64,000 nucleotides of DNA from Burkholderiales bacterium (lineage in GTDB: Bacteria > Pseudomonadota > Gammaproteobacteria > Burkholderiales > SG8-39), in the NCBI GenBank assembly GCA_035702665.1, contig DASSQD010000035.1, positions 17,719-81,718 on the forward strand, given 5' to 3'. The position numbers and the translations under genes were made by a program. Each line of letters begins with the position of its first letter. Position 1 is the stretch's first letter. Below are positions 41,710 through 52,514 of the stretch, one piece after another. Under the pieces are notes generated by a model that saw only the letters and a list, made by a program, of their open reading frames with translations, was not told where the DNA came from and made no database searches.

Positions 41710-42960
41710 CTACCGGTCGCGGATGATTCCTTGCTTCAGGTAGACCGGCCTCACGGCGCTCGCCCAGCTCTTGAGGCGCAGCGCGAACACGCTGCCGGCC
41801 ACGGCGACAACCGCGCCGCAAGCAAGGAGCGTGTAGTGGACTCCGATCGATTCTGCCACTGCGCCCGCCGTGAAGTTGCCTATGGGTGCGAATCCGAGGA
41901 AGCACGTGACGTACATGCTGATGATTCGTGCACGCTTGTCTTCGTCGGCCAGCGTTTGCAGGACCGTGTTGATCGAAGCCGCGGTGACGACCAGCCCGGC
42001 CCCGAAGACGGCGAGGAATACCAGCGATAGCCACAGCGTGCCCGAGAGGGAGAAGGCCATCAGCGCACCGCCGGCGGTGACCGTTGTCGTCGCGATGACT
42101 CGCCCCAGTCCTCGGACGGACTTCCGCGCAGCGAGCACGAAAGTACCCAGCACCGCTCCCATGCCCACGGCCCCGATCAGGAACCCGAAGGTCCTGGAGT
42201 CGCCGCTGAAGGTCTGGCCCGCGAATATCGGCATCAGGGATTGCCAGGGTGCGGAAAAAAAGCCGACCGTCATGAGTAGCAGCAGCAAGCGCCGGCTGCC
42301 GGTGAAACCGAACGCGTACGTGAATCCGGAGCCGAGTTGGCGCCACCACTCGACGCTGCTCTGGGGAAGGTCGCGCGGCTTCACGCGCACCACCGCGTAC
42401 GTCGCAATAATCGCCAGATAGCACAGGGCGTTGGTCAGGAAGCACCATCCTTCGCCGAGCACGGCGAGGAGCAATCCGGCCAGGGAAGGTCCGACGAAGC
42501 GCGTGCACTGGAACAGCATCGACTGCAGTGCGATCGCATTGGGCAAGTCCTCGCGGTGGTGGATCAGCTCCAGCAGGAAGGCTTGGCGGGTCGGCGTTTC
42601 GAAGGAGGTGGTGACCCCGAGGAGCAGGGCAAGGCCGATCAGATAGGGGACGCGGACCGCGTCCGCGAAGGTAAGCGTAGCAAGCGTCAGCGCCTGAACG
42701 AAGGCGATCGTTTGGATGATCACAAGCAGGCGGCGCCGATTGACGCGATCCGCCCACACGCCGGCGATGGGCGAAAGAAACAGCACCGGCAGTTGCTGCG
42801 CGCCGGCGGTCACGCCGAGCAGCAGCGCGGAACCGGTTACGCGATAGACGAGCCAGCCCATCGCCACGTTCTGAATCCAGTTACCCAGCAGCGCGAGTCC
42901 CTGTCCGGCGTAGAAGATCCGGAAGTTCTTGGAGCGGAACGCTCGCAGCGCTGGGATCAC
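41710..42960 (-). CDS. MFS transporter (EntS/MFS_3-like)
   Basis: 416 aa, 12 TM segments. N-terminus FRSKNFRIFYAGQGLALLGNWIQNVAMGWLVY...WADRVNRRR. Confidence 0.75.
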   Translation of the reverse strand: MIPALRAFRSKNFRIFYAGQGLALLGNWIQNVAMGWLVYRVTGSALLLGVTAGAQQLPVLFLSPIAGVWADRVNRRRLLVIIQTIAFVQALTLATLTFADAVRVPYLIGLALLLGVTTSFETPTRQAFLLELIHHREDLPNAIALQSMLFQCTRFVGPSLAGLLLAVLGEGWCFLTNALCYLAIIATYAVVRVKPRDLPQSSVEWWRQLGSGFTYAFGFTGSRRLLLLLMTVGFFSAPWQSLMPIFAGQTFSGDSRTFGFLIGAVGMGAVLGTFVLAARKSVRGLGRVIATTTVTAGGALMAFSLSGTLWLSLVFLAVFGAGLVVTAASINTVLQTLADEDKRARIISMYVTCFLGFAPIGNFTAGAVAESIGVHYTLLACGAVVAVAGSVFALRLKSWASAVRPVYLKQGIIRDR

Positions 42961-42968
42961 GCGAGGGC

Positions 42969-45755
42969 CTACCCGCTGAGCCTGTCGAGTTGCGCTTTGA
43001 CTTTGTCCAGAGTGCCCGTGAAGGCAGCGAGGCGTTCCTTTTCTTGAGCGACTACTGCGGGCGGCGCACGTTCGATGAAGCTCGCGTTGGCGAGCTTCGT
43101 GTTCGCCTTCGCGATTTCTGCCTCCAAGCGGACCACTTCCTTCTGAAGGCGGGCTCGTTCGGCGGCGGTGTCGACTTGAACCTCGACCATCGAGTGGGCG
43201 CCGTCGATTATCGCCACTGGTGAGTCCGATTGCGGGAGCGTATCTACTCTGGTGAACGAGCTGAGCCGTCCCAGTGACATGATCGCGGCAGTGGTTGTGC
43301 CTAGGTCGAAGATCTTGGGATTTTCAGTCGTGTAGAACGGAACCTTCTCCGCTGGCGGCACATTGCTCTCGCTCCGCAGATTTCTGGTCTTGTCTGTCCA
43401 TAGCTTCAGGACGGCCATGTCGCGCTCCGCAGCTTCGTCGATTCTCTCGGGCTGCGATCTCGGGTATGGGGACAGCATGATGGTCTTGCCGGTCTTGCCG
43501 GCGAGCGGTGCGACACCCTGCCAAAGGTCCTCGGTGATGAAAGGGATGATCGGGTGCGCCAGCCGCAGAGTGGCCTCGAGCACTCGAACGAGCGTTCGGC
43601 GCGTGGCGCGCAGCACCTCCCGGTCGGTCGATCGGAGTTGCACCTTGGCCAGCTCGACGTACCAATCGCAATATTCATCCCAGACGAACCGATAGATGGC
43701 TGCTGCGGCGTTGTCGAAGCGGTATTCAGCGAACGCGGTCTCTACGTCTTTCTCGGTTCGCTGAAGAACGCTGATGATCCAGCGGTCTATGTACGACAGT
43801 TTGACGGGGGCCTTCTCGTCCTGGCCGCAGTCCTGTCCCTCGGTATTCATCAGCACGAACCGCGTCGCGTTCCAAAGCTTGTTGCAGAAATTGCGGTAGC
43901 CTTCGCAGCGGCTTAGGTCGAAATTGAGGGTGATGGCGAAGCTCGCGAGGGAGGCAAAGGTGAAGCGCACGGCATCGGCCCCGAACGCCGGGATACCGTT
44001 CGGATAGTGGCTGCGCACGTACTTCTGGATCCGCTCCTGGTGTTCTCCCTTCAGCAATCCAACGGTTGATTTCTGCATCAGCGCTTCGAAGGTGATCCCG
44101 TCAATCAGGTCGAGCGGGTCGATGGTGTTCCCCTTGGACTTCGACATCTTCTCGCCCTCGGCGTCGCGCACGATGGCGTTGATGTAGACGTGGTGGAACG
44201 GCACCTTGTCGGTGAAGTGCAGCGTCATCATGATCATCCGCGCAACCCAGAAGAAGATGATGTCGTTGCCGGTGACGAGCACGTTGGAGGGCAGGAAGCG
44301 CTCCAGGTCCGGCGTCTTCCCCGGCCAGCCGAGCGAGGTGAATGGCACGAGCGCGGAGGAGAACCAAGTGTCGAGGACGTCCTCGTCGCGCCTCAGCGGG
44401 CCGCGCCGGCCCTTCGCGGCGGCTTGCTTCTTCGCTTCCTCTTCGCTCCGGGCGACGTAAGCGTTTCCATCCTCGTCGTACCACGCCGGGATCTGGTGGC
44501 CCCACCAGAGTTGGCGCGAGATGCACCAGTCCTGAATCTTCTCGAGCCACTGGTTGTAGGTGCTGGTCCAGTGCTCAGGAAAGAACTTGACGTCGCCCTT
44601 GGCTACGGCGTCCAGCCCGCGCCTCGCCAGCCCCTCCATTCGCACGAACCACTGGTCGGTCAGCATGGGCTCGACGATCACGCCGGTGCGGCCGGAGCGC
44701 GGCACGCGCAACCGGTAGGGTTTTTCGGAGACCAGAAATCCCTGGGATTGGAGGTCGGCGACGATTCGCTTGCGCGCCTCCAACCGCTCCAGCCCGCGAT
44801 AGGCCTGCGGCGCAGCGTCGTTCATCTTCGCTTTCAGGTCCATCACGACGATTTGCTGAAGACCGTGGCGCTGACCGACGGCGTAGTCGTTGAAGTCATG
44901 CGCCGGCGTGATCTTCACGCAGCCTGTGCCGAATTCCGGATCGACGTAGTCGTCCGCGATCACCGGGATCGCGCGGCCGGCCAAAGGCAGACGCACGCGC
45001 CTGCCGACGAGCTTGGTGTAGCGACTGTCCTTGGGATTCACCGCCACCGCGACGTCGCCGAGCATGGTCTCTGGCCGGGTGGTGGCGACGGTGACCGAGC
45101 CGCTGCCATCATCTTCCAATGGATAGCGGATCTCCCAGATCTTTCCGTTCTCCTCCTCGCTTTCGACTTCCAGGTCGGACACGGCGGTGCCTAGCACCGG
45201 GTCCCAGTTCACCAGGCGCTTTCCGCGGTAGATCAAGCCCTGCTCATGCAGGCGCACGAACACCTCGATGACCGCGCGCGACATGCGCTCGTCCATCGTG
45301 AAATAGCCCGCGTTCTGTCCATCGGCTGCGGCGAAGCTCCAGTTCGCAGACGCTCCGAGGCGGCGCATCTGGCGCGTGATGGTCGATCCGGATTGCTGCT
45401 TCCAGTCCCATACGCGCTTGACGAAGGCCTCGCGGCCGAGATCGCGGCGGGTCTTGCCCTCGGCCTCGAGTTGGCGCTCGACCACGATCTGCGTGGCGAT
45501 GCCCGCGTGATCGGTGCCGACCACCCAGTTGGTGTCGTCGCCGCGCATGCGGTGATAGCGGATGAGCGCATCCATCAGGGTCTGCTGGAACGCGTGCCCC
45601 ATGTGCAGGGTGCCGGTGACGTTCGGGGGTGGGAGCTGGATGCAGTAGGGCTCCCCCTTGCGCCCCGCGGCATGCGCGAAATAACCTCGCGATTCCCAGA
45701 CGGGATACCAGCGCTTCTCGACCTCGTGCGGGTCAAAGCTCTTGGCGAGTTCCAT
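42969..45755 (-). CDS. valS: Valine--tRNA ligase
   Basis: 928 aa. [14 protein letters not shown] (HIGH) and KMSKSKGN (KMSKS) motifs, C-terminal coiled coil. Confidence 0.97.
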   Translation of the reverse strand: MELAKSFDPHEVEKRWYPVWESRGYFAHAAGRKGEPYCIQLPPPNVTGTLHMGHAFQQTLMDALIRYHRMRGDDTNWVVGTDHAGIATQIVVERQLEAEGKTRRDLGREAFVKRVWDWKQQSGSTITRQMRRLGASANWSFAAADGQNAGYFTMDERMSRAVIEVFVRLHEQGLIYRGKRLVNWDPVLGTAVSDLEVESEEENGKIWEIRYPLEDDGSGSVTVATTRPETMLGDVAVAVNPKDSRYTKLVGRRVRLPLAGRAIPVIADDYVDPEFGTGCVKITPAHDFNDYAVGQRHGLQQIVVMDLKAKMNDAAPQAYRGLERLEARKRIVADLQSQGFLVSEKPYRLRVPRSGRTGVIVEPMLTDQWFVRMEGLARRGLDAVAKGDVKFFPEHWTSTYNQWLEKIQDWCISRQLWWGHQIPAWYDEDGNAYVARSEEEAKKQAAAKGRRGPLRRDEDVLDTWFSSALVPFTSLGWPGKTPDLERFLPSNVLVTGNDIIFFWVARMIMMTLHFTDKVPFHHVYINAIVRDAEGEKMSKSKGNTIDPLDLIDGITFEALMQKSTVGLLKGEHQERIQKYVRSHYPNGIPAFGADAVRFTFASLASFAITLNFDLSRCEGYRNFCNKLWNATRFVLMNTEGQDCGQDEKAPVKLSYIDRWIISVLQRTEKDVETAFAEYRFDNAAAAIYRFVWDEYCDWYVELAKVQLRSTDREVLRATRRTLVRVLEATLRLAHPIIPFITEDLWQGVAPLAGKTGKTIMLSPYPRSQPERIDEAAERDMAVLKLWTDKTRNLRSESNVPPAEKVPFYTTENPKIFDLGTTTAAIMSLGRLSSFTRVDTLPQSDSPVAIIDGAHSMVEVQVDTAAERARLQKEVVRLEAEIAKANTKLANASFIERAPPAVVAQEKERLAAFTGTLDKVKAQLDRLSG

Positions 45756-45835
45756 TCGCGGCCAAACGAAAAAAAGCGCGTCGAGCGGTGCTCACGTGGA
45801 GCCCGGTCCGACGCGCTCTCAGGGGATTATAGCTT

Positions 45836-46183
45836 TCAGGCGCCCCGCGAAGGCCCCCGGAGGCGGGCGACTTCGGCGGCGACGGCCCGGGCTACGGTAT
45901 CGCGAATGACAGCTTCCAGATCGGCCTTGAGCTGGCTGCTGAGGCCCGCGAGCGCGCGTTGCAAATGAGCGTCGATACTCTGCTGGAGCCTCTGCTCGAG
46001 TTCGGCCAGCTCGGCTTTCGCCAGAGAGCCGGGCGGCGCCGCGCCGGTGGTAGACCGCGGAGGTCGACCCTCGTCGACTATCTCCGTGAGCACCGGAACG
46101 TCCTGCTTGCCCGCGCTGCTCGCGGGATGGAAGCGCTTCAGGAACGCGTCGGCCTTTCCCAGCAGATCATCCGGCTCGCTCAT
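45836..46183 (-). CDS. Small hypothetical protein (coiled-coil-like), translationally coupled to holC
   Basis: 115 aa, MSEPDDLLGKADAFLKRFHP... Its ATG overlaps the holC stop (ATGA at 46180-46183). No recognisable domain. Confidence 0.45.
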   Translation of the reverse strand: MSEPDDLLGKADAFLKRFHPASSAGKQDVPVLTEIVDEGRPPRSTTGAAPPGSLAKAELAELEQRLQQSIDAHLQRALAGLSSQLKADLEAVIRDTVARAVAAEVARLRGPSRGA

Positions 46184-46608
46184 TGCGTCGATCTCGACAG
46201 ATCGTGGTGATGGATCTCGTAGCCGCGGTCGCGGTAGAAACGGAAGCGATTCCTCGCGCGCTGGCGATCCTCGTCGTCCCTGCCGACGACTTCGATCAGC
46301 CGCTCGAAGCGGCTGAAGGCGGGGGGAGATTCCTCGTGCAAGTTGAGCATGACTCGATGGTGGGTGCTTTCGGAGTCGTCGACCGCAATGACCACGGGGG
46401 TCTCCGGTGACAGCGTATCGCCCGCCAGACAGTGGGGGACGAATCCGATCGCCTGATAGGTCCATAGCAACCTGTCGAAGCTGCGGGCCGTGTCCTGGTC
46501 GGGCGCGTAGACGACGACCGGCAGCCGCTCCCGGAAAGCCTTCGCAACCAGCTGGCAGGCTGCCTGAAGCTTGGATTCGGCGTTGGAATAGAAGTCGATG
46601 CGCGTCAT
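46180..46608 (-). CDS. holC: DNA polymerase III chi subunit
   Basis: 142 aa. MTRIDFYSNAESKLQAACQLVAKAFRERLPVVVYAPDQD... matches the HolC pattern. Conserved position next to pepA and valS. Confidence 0.85.
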   Translation of the reverse strand: MTRIDFYSNAESKLQAACQLVAKAFRERLPVVVYAPDQDTARSFDRLLWTYQAIGFVPHCLAGDTLSPETPVVIAVDDSESTHHRVMLNLHEESPPAFSRFERLIEVVGRDDEDRQRARNRFRFYRDRGYEIHHHDLSRSTQ

Positions 46609-46652
46609 GTGATCGGCGCGGAGGCGAGAGCGCTGTCGGCCGGGACTCCTGC

Positions 46653-48140
46653 TCAGGCCCCGGCGCGCTTCATCAGGAAGGTGGTCAGCAGCGGGACCGG
46701 CCGTCCCGTCGCTCCCTTTTCCCGGCCCGATTTCCACGCGGTCCCGGCAATGTCCAGGTGGGCCCAGTCGTACTTGCGCGTGAATTTCGACAGGAAGCAA
46801 GCGGCGGTGACGCTGCCGGCGGGGCGCCCCCCGATGTTCGCGAAATCGGCGAAATTGCTCTTGAGGGCCTCGTGATAGTCGTCCCACAGCGGCAGCTGCC
46901 ACACGCGATCCCACGACTCTGCGCCTGCGGATTGCAGCTCCTGCGCCAGGTCGTCCCGGTTGGCGAACAGGCCCGAGCACACGTGGCCGAGCGCGATGAC
47001 GCAGGCGCCGGTGAGCGTGGCGATGTCGACCACGGCCTGGGGATGATAGCGCTCGGCGTAGCTCAGCGCATCGGCCAGGATGAGGCGCCCCTCGGCGTCC
47101 GTATTCAGGATCTCGACTGTTTGGCCCGACATGCTGGTCACGATGTCTCCCGGCTTCGTCGCCGCGCCCCCGGGCATGTTTTCGCACGTCGGTATCAGCC
47201 CGACGACGTTGAGCTTGAGCTTGAGCTCCGCCACCGCCCGCAGCGTACCCAGGACGCTCGCGGCGCCGCACATGTCGAACTTCATCTCGTCCATCTCGGC
47301 GGCGGGCTTCAGCGAGATACCGCCGGTGTCGAAGGTGATGCCTTTGCCCACGAGGACCACGGGCCGTTCCTTGTTGCTGGCGCCCGAGTAGCGCAGGATC
47401 ACGAACTTGGGCGGCTGATGCGATCCGCGGGTCACCGAGAGCAGAGTGTTCATCCCGAGCTTTTCCATGTCCTTCCGCTCGAGCACCTCCACTGCGAGCT
47501 TCCATTCGCGCCCGAGCTTCACGGCGCTCTCGGCCAGGTAACTGGGCGTGCAAATGTTCGCCGGAAGGTTCCCGAGATCGCGGGTGAGCGACATTCCGGC
47601 GGCGATCGCGCGTCCCTCGAGCACCCCGCGCTGCAGAGAGGGAGCATCGCGCTGCTGCAACGTCGAGACGGCTACGCGCGCGAGCGCGCTGCCGTCCGAC
47701 TTCTTGCTCTTCATCCGGTCGAAGCGGTACGCGACGTCGGCGGCGGCCAGAACGACCTGCCGCGCCTTCCACGCCGCATCGCAGCCGGCGACGGCAAGGT
47801 CGGGCAGATAGACGCAGACGTCGCGCGTCCCGGTTTCCCGGAGCGCGAGGAGGGCGGCGCGCGAGCAGTCCCGATACTGGCGCTCGCCGAACTCTTTTTC
47901 CTTCCCGAGTCCCACCAGAAGAACCCGCTCCGTCGCGACACCGCGCACGCGGTACAGCATGCGCGTGCTTCCGGACTTGCCCTCCATATCACCGGAGCGG
48001 AGCACCTCGCGCAGTTCGCCGCGCGCGGCCCGATCGAGCGTTTCGGCGGCACGGGAGAGCTTGTGCGATTCGAATACACCGACGACGACACAGGCGCTCG
48101 CCTGCTTCTCCGGCGCCGCAATTTTTGTGCTAAATTCCAT
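46653..48140 (-). CDS. pepA: Leucyl aminopeptidase (M17)
   Basis: 495 aa. VGKGITFDTGGISLKP and NTDAEGRLILADAL motifs. Confidence 0.95.
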   Translation of the reverse strand: MEFSTKIAAPEKQASACVVVGVFESHKLSRAAETLDRAARGELREVLRSGDMEGKSGSTRMLYRVRGVATERVLLVGLGKEKEFGERQYRDCSRAALLALRETGTRDVCVYLPDLAVAGCDAAWKARQVVLAAADVAYRFDRMKSKKSDGSALARVAVSTLQQRDAPSLQRGVLEGRAIAAGMSLTRDLGNLPANICTPSYLAESAVKLGREWKLAVEVLERKDMEKLGMNTLLSVTRGSHQPPKFVILRYSGASNKERPVVLVGKGITFDTGGISLKPAAEMDEMKFDMCGAASVLGTLRAVAELKLKLNVVGLIPTCENMPGGAATKPGDIVTSMSGQTVEILNTDAEGRLILADALSYAERYHPQAVVDIATLTGACVIALGHVCSGLFANRDDLAQELQSAGAESWDRVWQLPLWDDYHEALKSNFADFANIGGRPAGSVTAACFLSKFTRKYDWAHLDIAGTAWKSGREKGATGRPVPLLTTFLMKRAGA

Positions 48141-48252
48141 GCGACCCTGACTCGGGAAAAAGTGTGAGGATTATCTCCGGTTTGCTTCGCCGAAGTCAAA
48201 GCGACTCGACGTTTCTCGGCTCATTTTCGGGCCGTTCTCCCGTTCCGGAACC

Positions 48253-49332
48253 GTGATCTTTCAGCGAGCACTGCTGCGTGAATTCGGAAATCTCGCGCTG
48301 GCGGTGTTCTCCGCCCTGTTTGCCATCACGCTGACGACGCAGCTGGTCCGTTTGCTCGGGCAGGCGGCCGTCGGCAACATTCTCTCCGAGGCCGTGGTCG
48401 CGCTGCTCGCGTTCTCTGCGCTCAATTACCTGCCGGTGCTCCTGTCGCTGACGTTGTTCATCACCGTCCTGATGACGCTCTCGCGCAGCTACCGCGAGTC
48501 GGAAATGGTGATCTGGTTCAGTTCCGGCCTTTCGCTGCTTGCGTGGATTCGTCCGGTCCTCCTGTTCGCCGCCCCGCTGGTCGCGCTTACCGCCGTGCTA
48601 TCGCTGTTCCTCTCGCCCTGGGCGATCGGCAAGGCCGAGGAGTACCGACATCAGATGAAAGTGAGAGACGAGGTTTCGCGCGTGGCGCCCGGTGTGTTTC
48701 TCGAGGCTCCCGCGGCGGACCGGGTGTTCTTCGTAGAAGAGATCGCTGGAGACCGGACCAACGTGCAGAACGTCTTCATCGCCCAGATGAAGGAAGGGAA
48801 GCTCGGCATCACCGTGAGCAGGCGCGGGTACCGGGAGACGACGGAGAACGGCGACCGCCTGGTTGTTCTGCTCGACGGACGGCGCTACGAGGGAATCCCC
48901 GGCAATCTCGATTTTAAGGTGATGAACTTCGAACGCTACGCCATGAAGATCGAGACGCGCGAGACGCAGGCGGAGGAGACTTCGACCAAGGCGATGTCGA
49001 CGCTCGGGCTGATCCTAGCGCCCACCAACCCTCACCTGGCGGAGCTGTTGTGGCGCATCGGCCTGCCGATAGGTGCGTTCGTCCTGGCCCTACTGGCGAT
49101 TCCGTTGTCTTTCGTCAATCCCCGGGCCAGCCGCTCGGTGAACCTCCTGTTCGCCCTGTTCACGTACATGGTCTACGCGAACGTCCTCAGTATCGTCCAG
49201 GCCTGGGTATCGCAAGGCCGCATCGGCTTCAACATCGGCTCGTGGGTGGTTCACGCCGGCATGCTGATTGTTCTTGCGCTGTTGTTCTTCCGGAGGATTC
49301 GAGTCGGCTCCCTCTTCGCGAGAAGGCGCTAG
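48253..49332 (+). CDS. lptF: LPS export ABC transporter permease LptF
   Basis: 359 aa. IFQRALLREF... YjgP/YjgQ-family topology. Divergent from pepA, which is the classical arrangement. Confidence 0.9.
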   Translation: MIFQRALLREFGNLALAVFSALFAITLTTQLVRLLGQAAVGNILSEAVVALLAFSALNYLPVLLSLTLFITVLMTLSRSYRESEMVIWFSSGLSLLAWIRPVLLFAAPLVALTAVLSLFLSPWAIGKAEEYRHQMKVRDEVSRVAPGVFLEAPAADRVFFVEEIAGDRTNVQNVFIAQMKEGKLGITVSRRGYRETTENGDRLVVLLDGRRYEGIPGNLDFKVMNFERYAMKIETRETQAEETSTKAMSTLGLILAPTNPHLAELLWRIGLPIGAFVLALLAIPLSFVNPRASRSVNLLFALFTYMVYANVLSIVQAWVSQGRIGFNIGSWVVHAGMLIVLALLFFRRIRVGSLFARRR

Positions 49333-50406
49333 GTGGATACGCTACGAACGTATCTGGCGCGCGAAATCTACGCGGCAACGCTTTTCGTGCTTGCCGCGTT
49401 CCTCAGCCTGTTCGCATTTTTCGACCTGATCAACGAACTGACCGACATCGGCAGGGGCGGCTATCGCCTGCAGCATGCCCTGGCTTTCGTCGCACTGACC
49501 ATGCCGAGTCGCGCCTACGAGTCGTTCCCGCTGGCGGTGCTGATCGGGACTCTCTACGCGCTGTCACACCTCGCCGCCAATTCGGAATACACCGTGATGC
49601 GCAGCGCCGGTCTCGCGCCCTGGCGCGCAATGAGCACTCTGTTTCGCATCGGCGTAGTGTTTGCGGTAGCGACATTCGTGTTCGGGGAGCTGGTCGCGCC
49701 CGTCTCGGAACGGGCGGCGAAGGAACTCAAGCTGTCGACGACAAGCACGATCGTGGCGAGCGAATTTCACACGGGTCTCTGGGTGAAAGACGATCGCCGC
49801 TTCGTCAACGTGCGCGAAGTCCAGCCGGATACGACTCTGACCGACGTCCGTATCTTCGAGTTCGACGACCAATATCGCCTGAAAACGATCAGCTTCGCGA
49901 AACATGGCCAGTATCTCGGGAACAACCAGTGGCGATTGCACGATATCGTCAACACGATATTCACTGCCGACGGAACCAGCGTTCAGCGCCTTGCGGAAAT
50001 GGACTGGGCCTCGGTCCTGACGCCGGACATCCTCGCGGTCCTTTTCATCGTCCCGGACAGGATGTCCGCCTGGAATCTATACCAGTATTCGCGTCACTTG
50101 ACTGAGAACAAGCAGAGGGCGGAGCGCTACGAGATCGCGATGTGGAAGAAACTCGTCTACCCATTCGTGTCGCTGGTCATGATGGCGCTCGCCTTGCCCT
50201 TCGCCTACGTTCACGTTCGCGCGGGAGGTGTGGGCGTGAAAGTGTTCTCCGGGATCATGCTCGGCGTCCTGTTCCACTTCCTGAACAGCCTTTTCTCCCA
50301 CCTCGGCCTACTTCAGAACTGGGAGCCCTTTCTCGCGGCGGTCCTTCCCAGCATGGTCTTTCTCACGGCTGCGACCCTGATGATGTGGTGGGCCGAGCGT
50401 CGATAG
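49333..50406 (+). CDS. lptG: LPS export ABC transporter permease LptG
   Basis: 357 aa. LRTYLAREIYAATLFVLAAFLSLFAFFDLINEL... Directly follows lptF. Confidence 0.9.
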   Translation: MDTLRTYLAREIYAATLFVLAAFLSLFAFFDLINELTDIGRGGYRLQHALAFVALTMPSRAYESFPLAVLIGTLYALSHLAANSEYTVMRSAGLAPWRAMSTLFRIGVVFAVATFVFGELVAPVSERAAKELKLSTTSTIVASEFHTGLWVKDDRRFVNVREVQPDTTLTDVRIFEFDDQYRLKTISFAKHGQYLGNNQWRLHDIVNTIFTADGTSVQRLAEMDWASVLTPDILAVLFIVPDRMSAWNLYQYSRHLTENKQRAERYEIAMWKKLVYPFVSLVMMALALPFAYVHVRAGGVGVKVFSGIMLGVLFHFLNSLFSHLGLLQNWEPFLAAVLPSMVFLTAATLMMWWAERR

Positions 50407-50414
50407 CTAGCGCA

Positions 50415-50870
50415 CTAGCTTTTGGCGCGCGAATCGCCGGTCATTATGATGCAGGTTCCCGCGAGGCGGTCGTGCAGGAACTGGCGGTCGCGATCGAGAC
50501 ACGCCCAGAGAAAGCCGGCGCCAAGAGGCAGCAGAGAGAACCAGGCGAGGGCGTAGCGCAGGGCGGCGCGGCCAACGCCGAGCGAAGCGCCGTCTCGCTT
50601 CACAATCCGCATTTTCCAGGTCTGCATTGCCAGAGTCCTTCCGCCTCGGCTCCAGCACGCGACGAAGTAGATCCCTAGGACGAGAAAGAGGTAGGCCTGA
50701 AACAGCAGGCGCATTTCTCCCGCGAGACGTCCTTCGGCTGCGCCGTAGAATGCCAAGCCGGCGAAAAAAGCCATCGCGAAGGCGAGCAAGCTCTCGTACA
50801 GCATCGAGAGCAAGCGTCTGCCGAGCCCGGGTACGATGCTCGCTGGGGGAAGCAGAGCACCCGGCTCCAT
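50415..50870 (-). CDS. RDD-family membrane protein
   Basis: 151 aa, 3 TM segments. C-terminal DRDRQFLHDRLAGT matches the RDD motif. Confidence 0.7.
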   Translation of the reverse strand: MEPGALLPPASIVPGLGRRLLSMLYESLLAFAMAFFAGLAFYGAAEGRLAGEMRLLFQAYLFLVLGIYFVACWSRGGRTLAMQTWKMRIVKRDGASLGVGRAALRYALAWFSLLPLGAGFLWACLDRDRQFLHDRLAGTCIIMTGDSRAKS

Positions 50871-50880
50871 TGACGCCGGG

Positions 50881-51420
50881 TTACTGGCTTGCGGAACTAG
50901 GTGCCGGGACCGGCGCGGTTCCAGGCGGAGAGCCTTCCTGAGGTGCAGGCGCCGCCGCGGGTACCGGGGCTGCGTCTGCCGGAGATTTTGGAGCGGCCGA
51001 AGCGATCGGTCCCTTGCGCGGGGTGCTGCCCAGCTTGCGCCGTTCCTGCTCCGGCAGGCGGTTGTACTCCTCCCACTGCTTCGTCAAGCCCTGCTTCTTT
51101 TCCGGCGGAAGCTTCGCCATCCTCTTGTAGTTCTCGCGGGCCGTCTGCCGCTCCTTAGGCGTGAGCTTGGCCCACGCCTGCATCCGCCGCTGCACGCGCA
51201 CTTGCGCGTCCGGCTTCATCTTCGGATAGCGCTTGGCGATGCCGAGCCACTTGCGCTTGCGCTCCGGCTCGAGCTTGTCCCAGTCGCTCGCGAGGGGCGC
51301 GAGAACCTGCTGCTGCTCAGGAGACAACTCAGCCCAGTTGGGGGGCTTTTTGGGTGCCGCAGCGAGGACCGGAAGGGAGATACAGAGCCAAAGTGCTAGT
51401 GCGAGGAGCGCTTTAGCCAT
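50881..51420 (-). CDS. DUF3106-like secreted protein
   Basis: Signal peptide MAKALLALALWLCISLPVLAAAP. Repeated W..L.P..R..(W/Y) helices (WAELSPEQQQVL, WDKLEPERKRKW, WAKLTPKERQTARENY). Pro/Ala-rich tail. Confidence 0.65.
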   Translation of the reverse strand: MAKALLALALWLCISLPVLAAAPKKPPNWAELSPEQQQVLAPLASDWDKLEPERKRKWLGIAKRYPKMKPDAQVRVQRRMQAWAKLTPKERQTARENYKRMAKLPPEKKQGLTKQWEEYNRLPEQERRKLGSTPRKGPIASAAPKSPADAAPVPAAAPAPQEGSPPGTAPVPAPSSASQ

Positions 51421-51773
51421 GCATCGAATCCCTTGTCGAGGTAGGCGTCCAAAGGCAGGTCCCCGGTCAGCACTGCGGCGTCGATCTCTTCGATTTCCGC
51501 TGCGGTCTGCGTATCCCGCCATTGGCTGACCGCAGTCAGCCCAAGGATCAGCAAGGCCGCCGGCAACAGCATCCGCGGGACAAGAGATGCTGGGCCGCCG
51601 AACCGACCGATGGCGTTGTCGGCCCAGGCTAGCACGAATGCGGGCGCGGTGACCCGCTGGCGCGCAAGAGCACGCTCGCGCGCCGCCTTCAGGCGAGCGA
51701 GCTGGCCCGCGTCCAGATCGAGCCCCCGGTTGAGGAGCTGCCTGATGCGGTACGCAGTCTGCTGTTCGTTCAT
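51396..51773 (-). CDS. DUF3619-like membrane protein (putative ECF anti-sigma partner)
   Basis: 125 aa, MNEQQTAYRIRQLLNRGLD..., one TM segment. Its ATG overlaps the sigma factor stop (ATGA). Confidence 0.6.
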   Translation of the reverse strand: MNEQQTAYRIRQLLNRGLDLDAGQLARLKAARERALARQRVTAPAFVLAWADNAIGRFGGPASLVPRMLLPAALLILGLTAVSQWRDTQTAAEIEEIDAAVLTGDLPLDAYLDKGFDAWLKRSSH

Positions 51774-52297
51774 AGTTCGATCCCCTTTGCTCTTAGGGCT
51801 ACAGCCAATGCATGCGCTGCGCGGGAGCAATGGGTCTTGACGCTGCCTTCCGAGCAGCCCATTACGGCTGCCGTCTCGGCAACGTCCAACTCTTCCCAAT
51901 AACGCAGCAAGAATGCCTGTCGTTGACGCGCCGGCAAGCGCTGGAGTTCTTTCTCAACTATTTCAATCACTTGAAACTGTTCCAGCCGATCCACGGGAGC
52001 CGCACCCGCACCCGAGGGGTCGGCGGCGGCAAGCGTCTCAAGAGGATCGGAATCCTCGTCCTCCCGCCCCGCCGAAAGCGAGGAGAAAAGCGTCACCCAT
52101 AGCGAGCGAACCTTCTGCCGGCGATAGAAGTCGCGTATGGTGTTCTGCAGGATTCGTTGAAACAGCATGGGGAACTCCGCTGGCGGCTTCGCTCCATACT
52201 TCTCCGCCAGCTTGAGCATGGCGTCCTGCACGATGTCCAGGGCATTCTCGGAATCCCGTACGGCGAACAGCGCCTGTTTGTATGCGCGCCGCTCCAC
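51770..52297 (-). CDS. ECF-type RNA polymerase sigma-70 family factor (start uncertain)
   Basis: Region 2 is ALDIVQDAMLKLAEKY...FPMLFQRILQNTIRDFYRR. Region 4 is LPARQRQAFLLRYWEELDVAETAAVMGCSEGSVKTHCSRA. The GTG at 52297 is the first canonical start, although homologous-looking residues (ELAEFLAS) continue upstream without an ATG, GTG or TTG. Confidence 0.8.
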   Translation of the reverse strand: MERRAYKQALFAVRDSENALDIVQDAMLKLAEKYGAKPPAEFPMLFQRILQNTIRDFYRRQKVRSLWVTLFSSLSAGREDEDSDPLETLAAADPSGAGAAPVDRLEQFQVIEIVEKELQRLPARQRQAFLLRYWEELDVAETAAVMGCSEGSVKTHCSRAAHALAVALRAKGIEL

Positions 52298-52514
52298 GCT
52301 CGCGAGAAACTCGGCTAGTTCGTTTGCGGAGGCCAGGAAACGATCCTTTTGTCGGCCCGGGTGAACGACCGCGGCTGTCGGATGGTATCAAAAGCACGCT
52401 TTCGTCAGGGTAGTGATCCTATCGGGGACCACTACCTGCGTCCTGGAAAACTTGACCAATCAGGTGTCACCAATTAGGCTCTAAAGTTTTACCGGTTTTT
52501 CTCTCGGAAATCGC

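Noticed and set aside
46609-48167. Upstream extension of the holC ORF (track ORF 46180-47772) and the 586-aa plus-strand ORF 46407-48167
   Set aside because: Only the last 142 codons of the minus ORF look like HolC. The remainder, and the plus-strand ORF, overlap the clearly conserved pepA frame.
52298-52400. Possible longer N-terminus for the ECF sigma factor (upstream residues ...FLASANELAEFLAS look homologous)
   Set aside because: There is no ATG, GTG or TTG in frame before the stop at about 52388. I kept the GTG at 52297, but a CTG start cannot be excluded. This is not strong enough to report as a finding.
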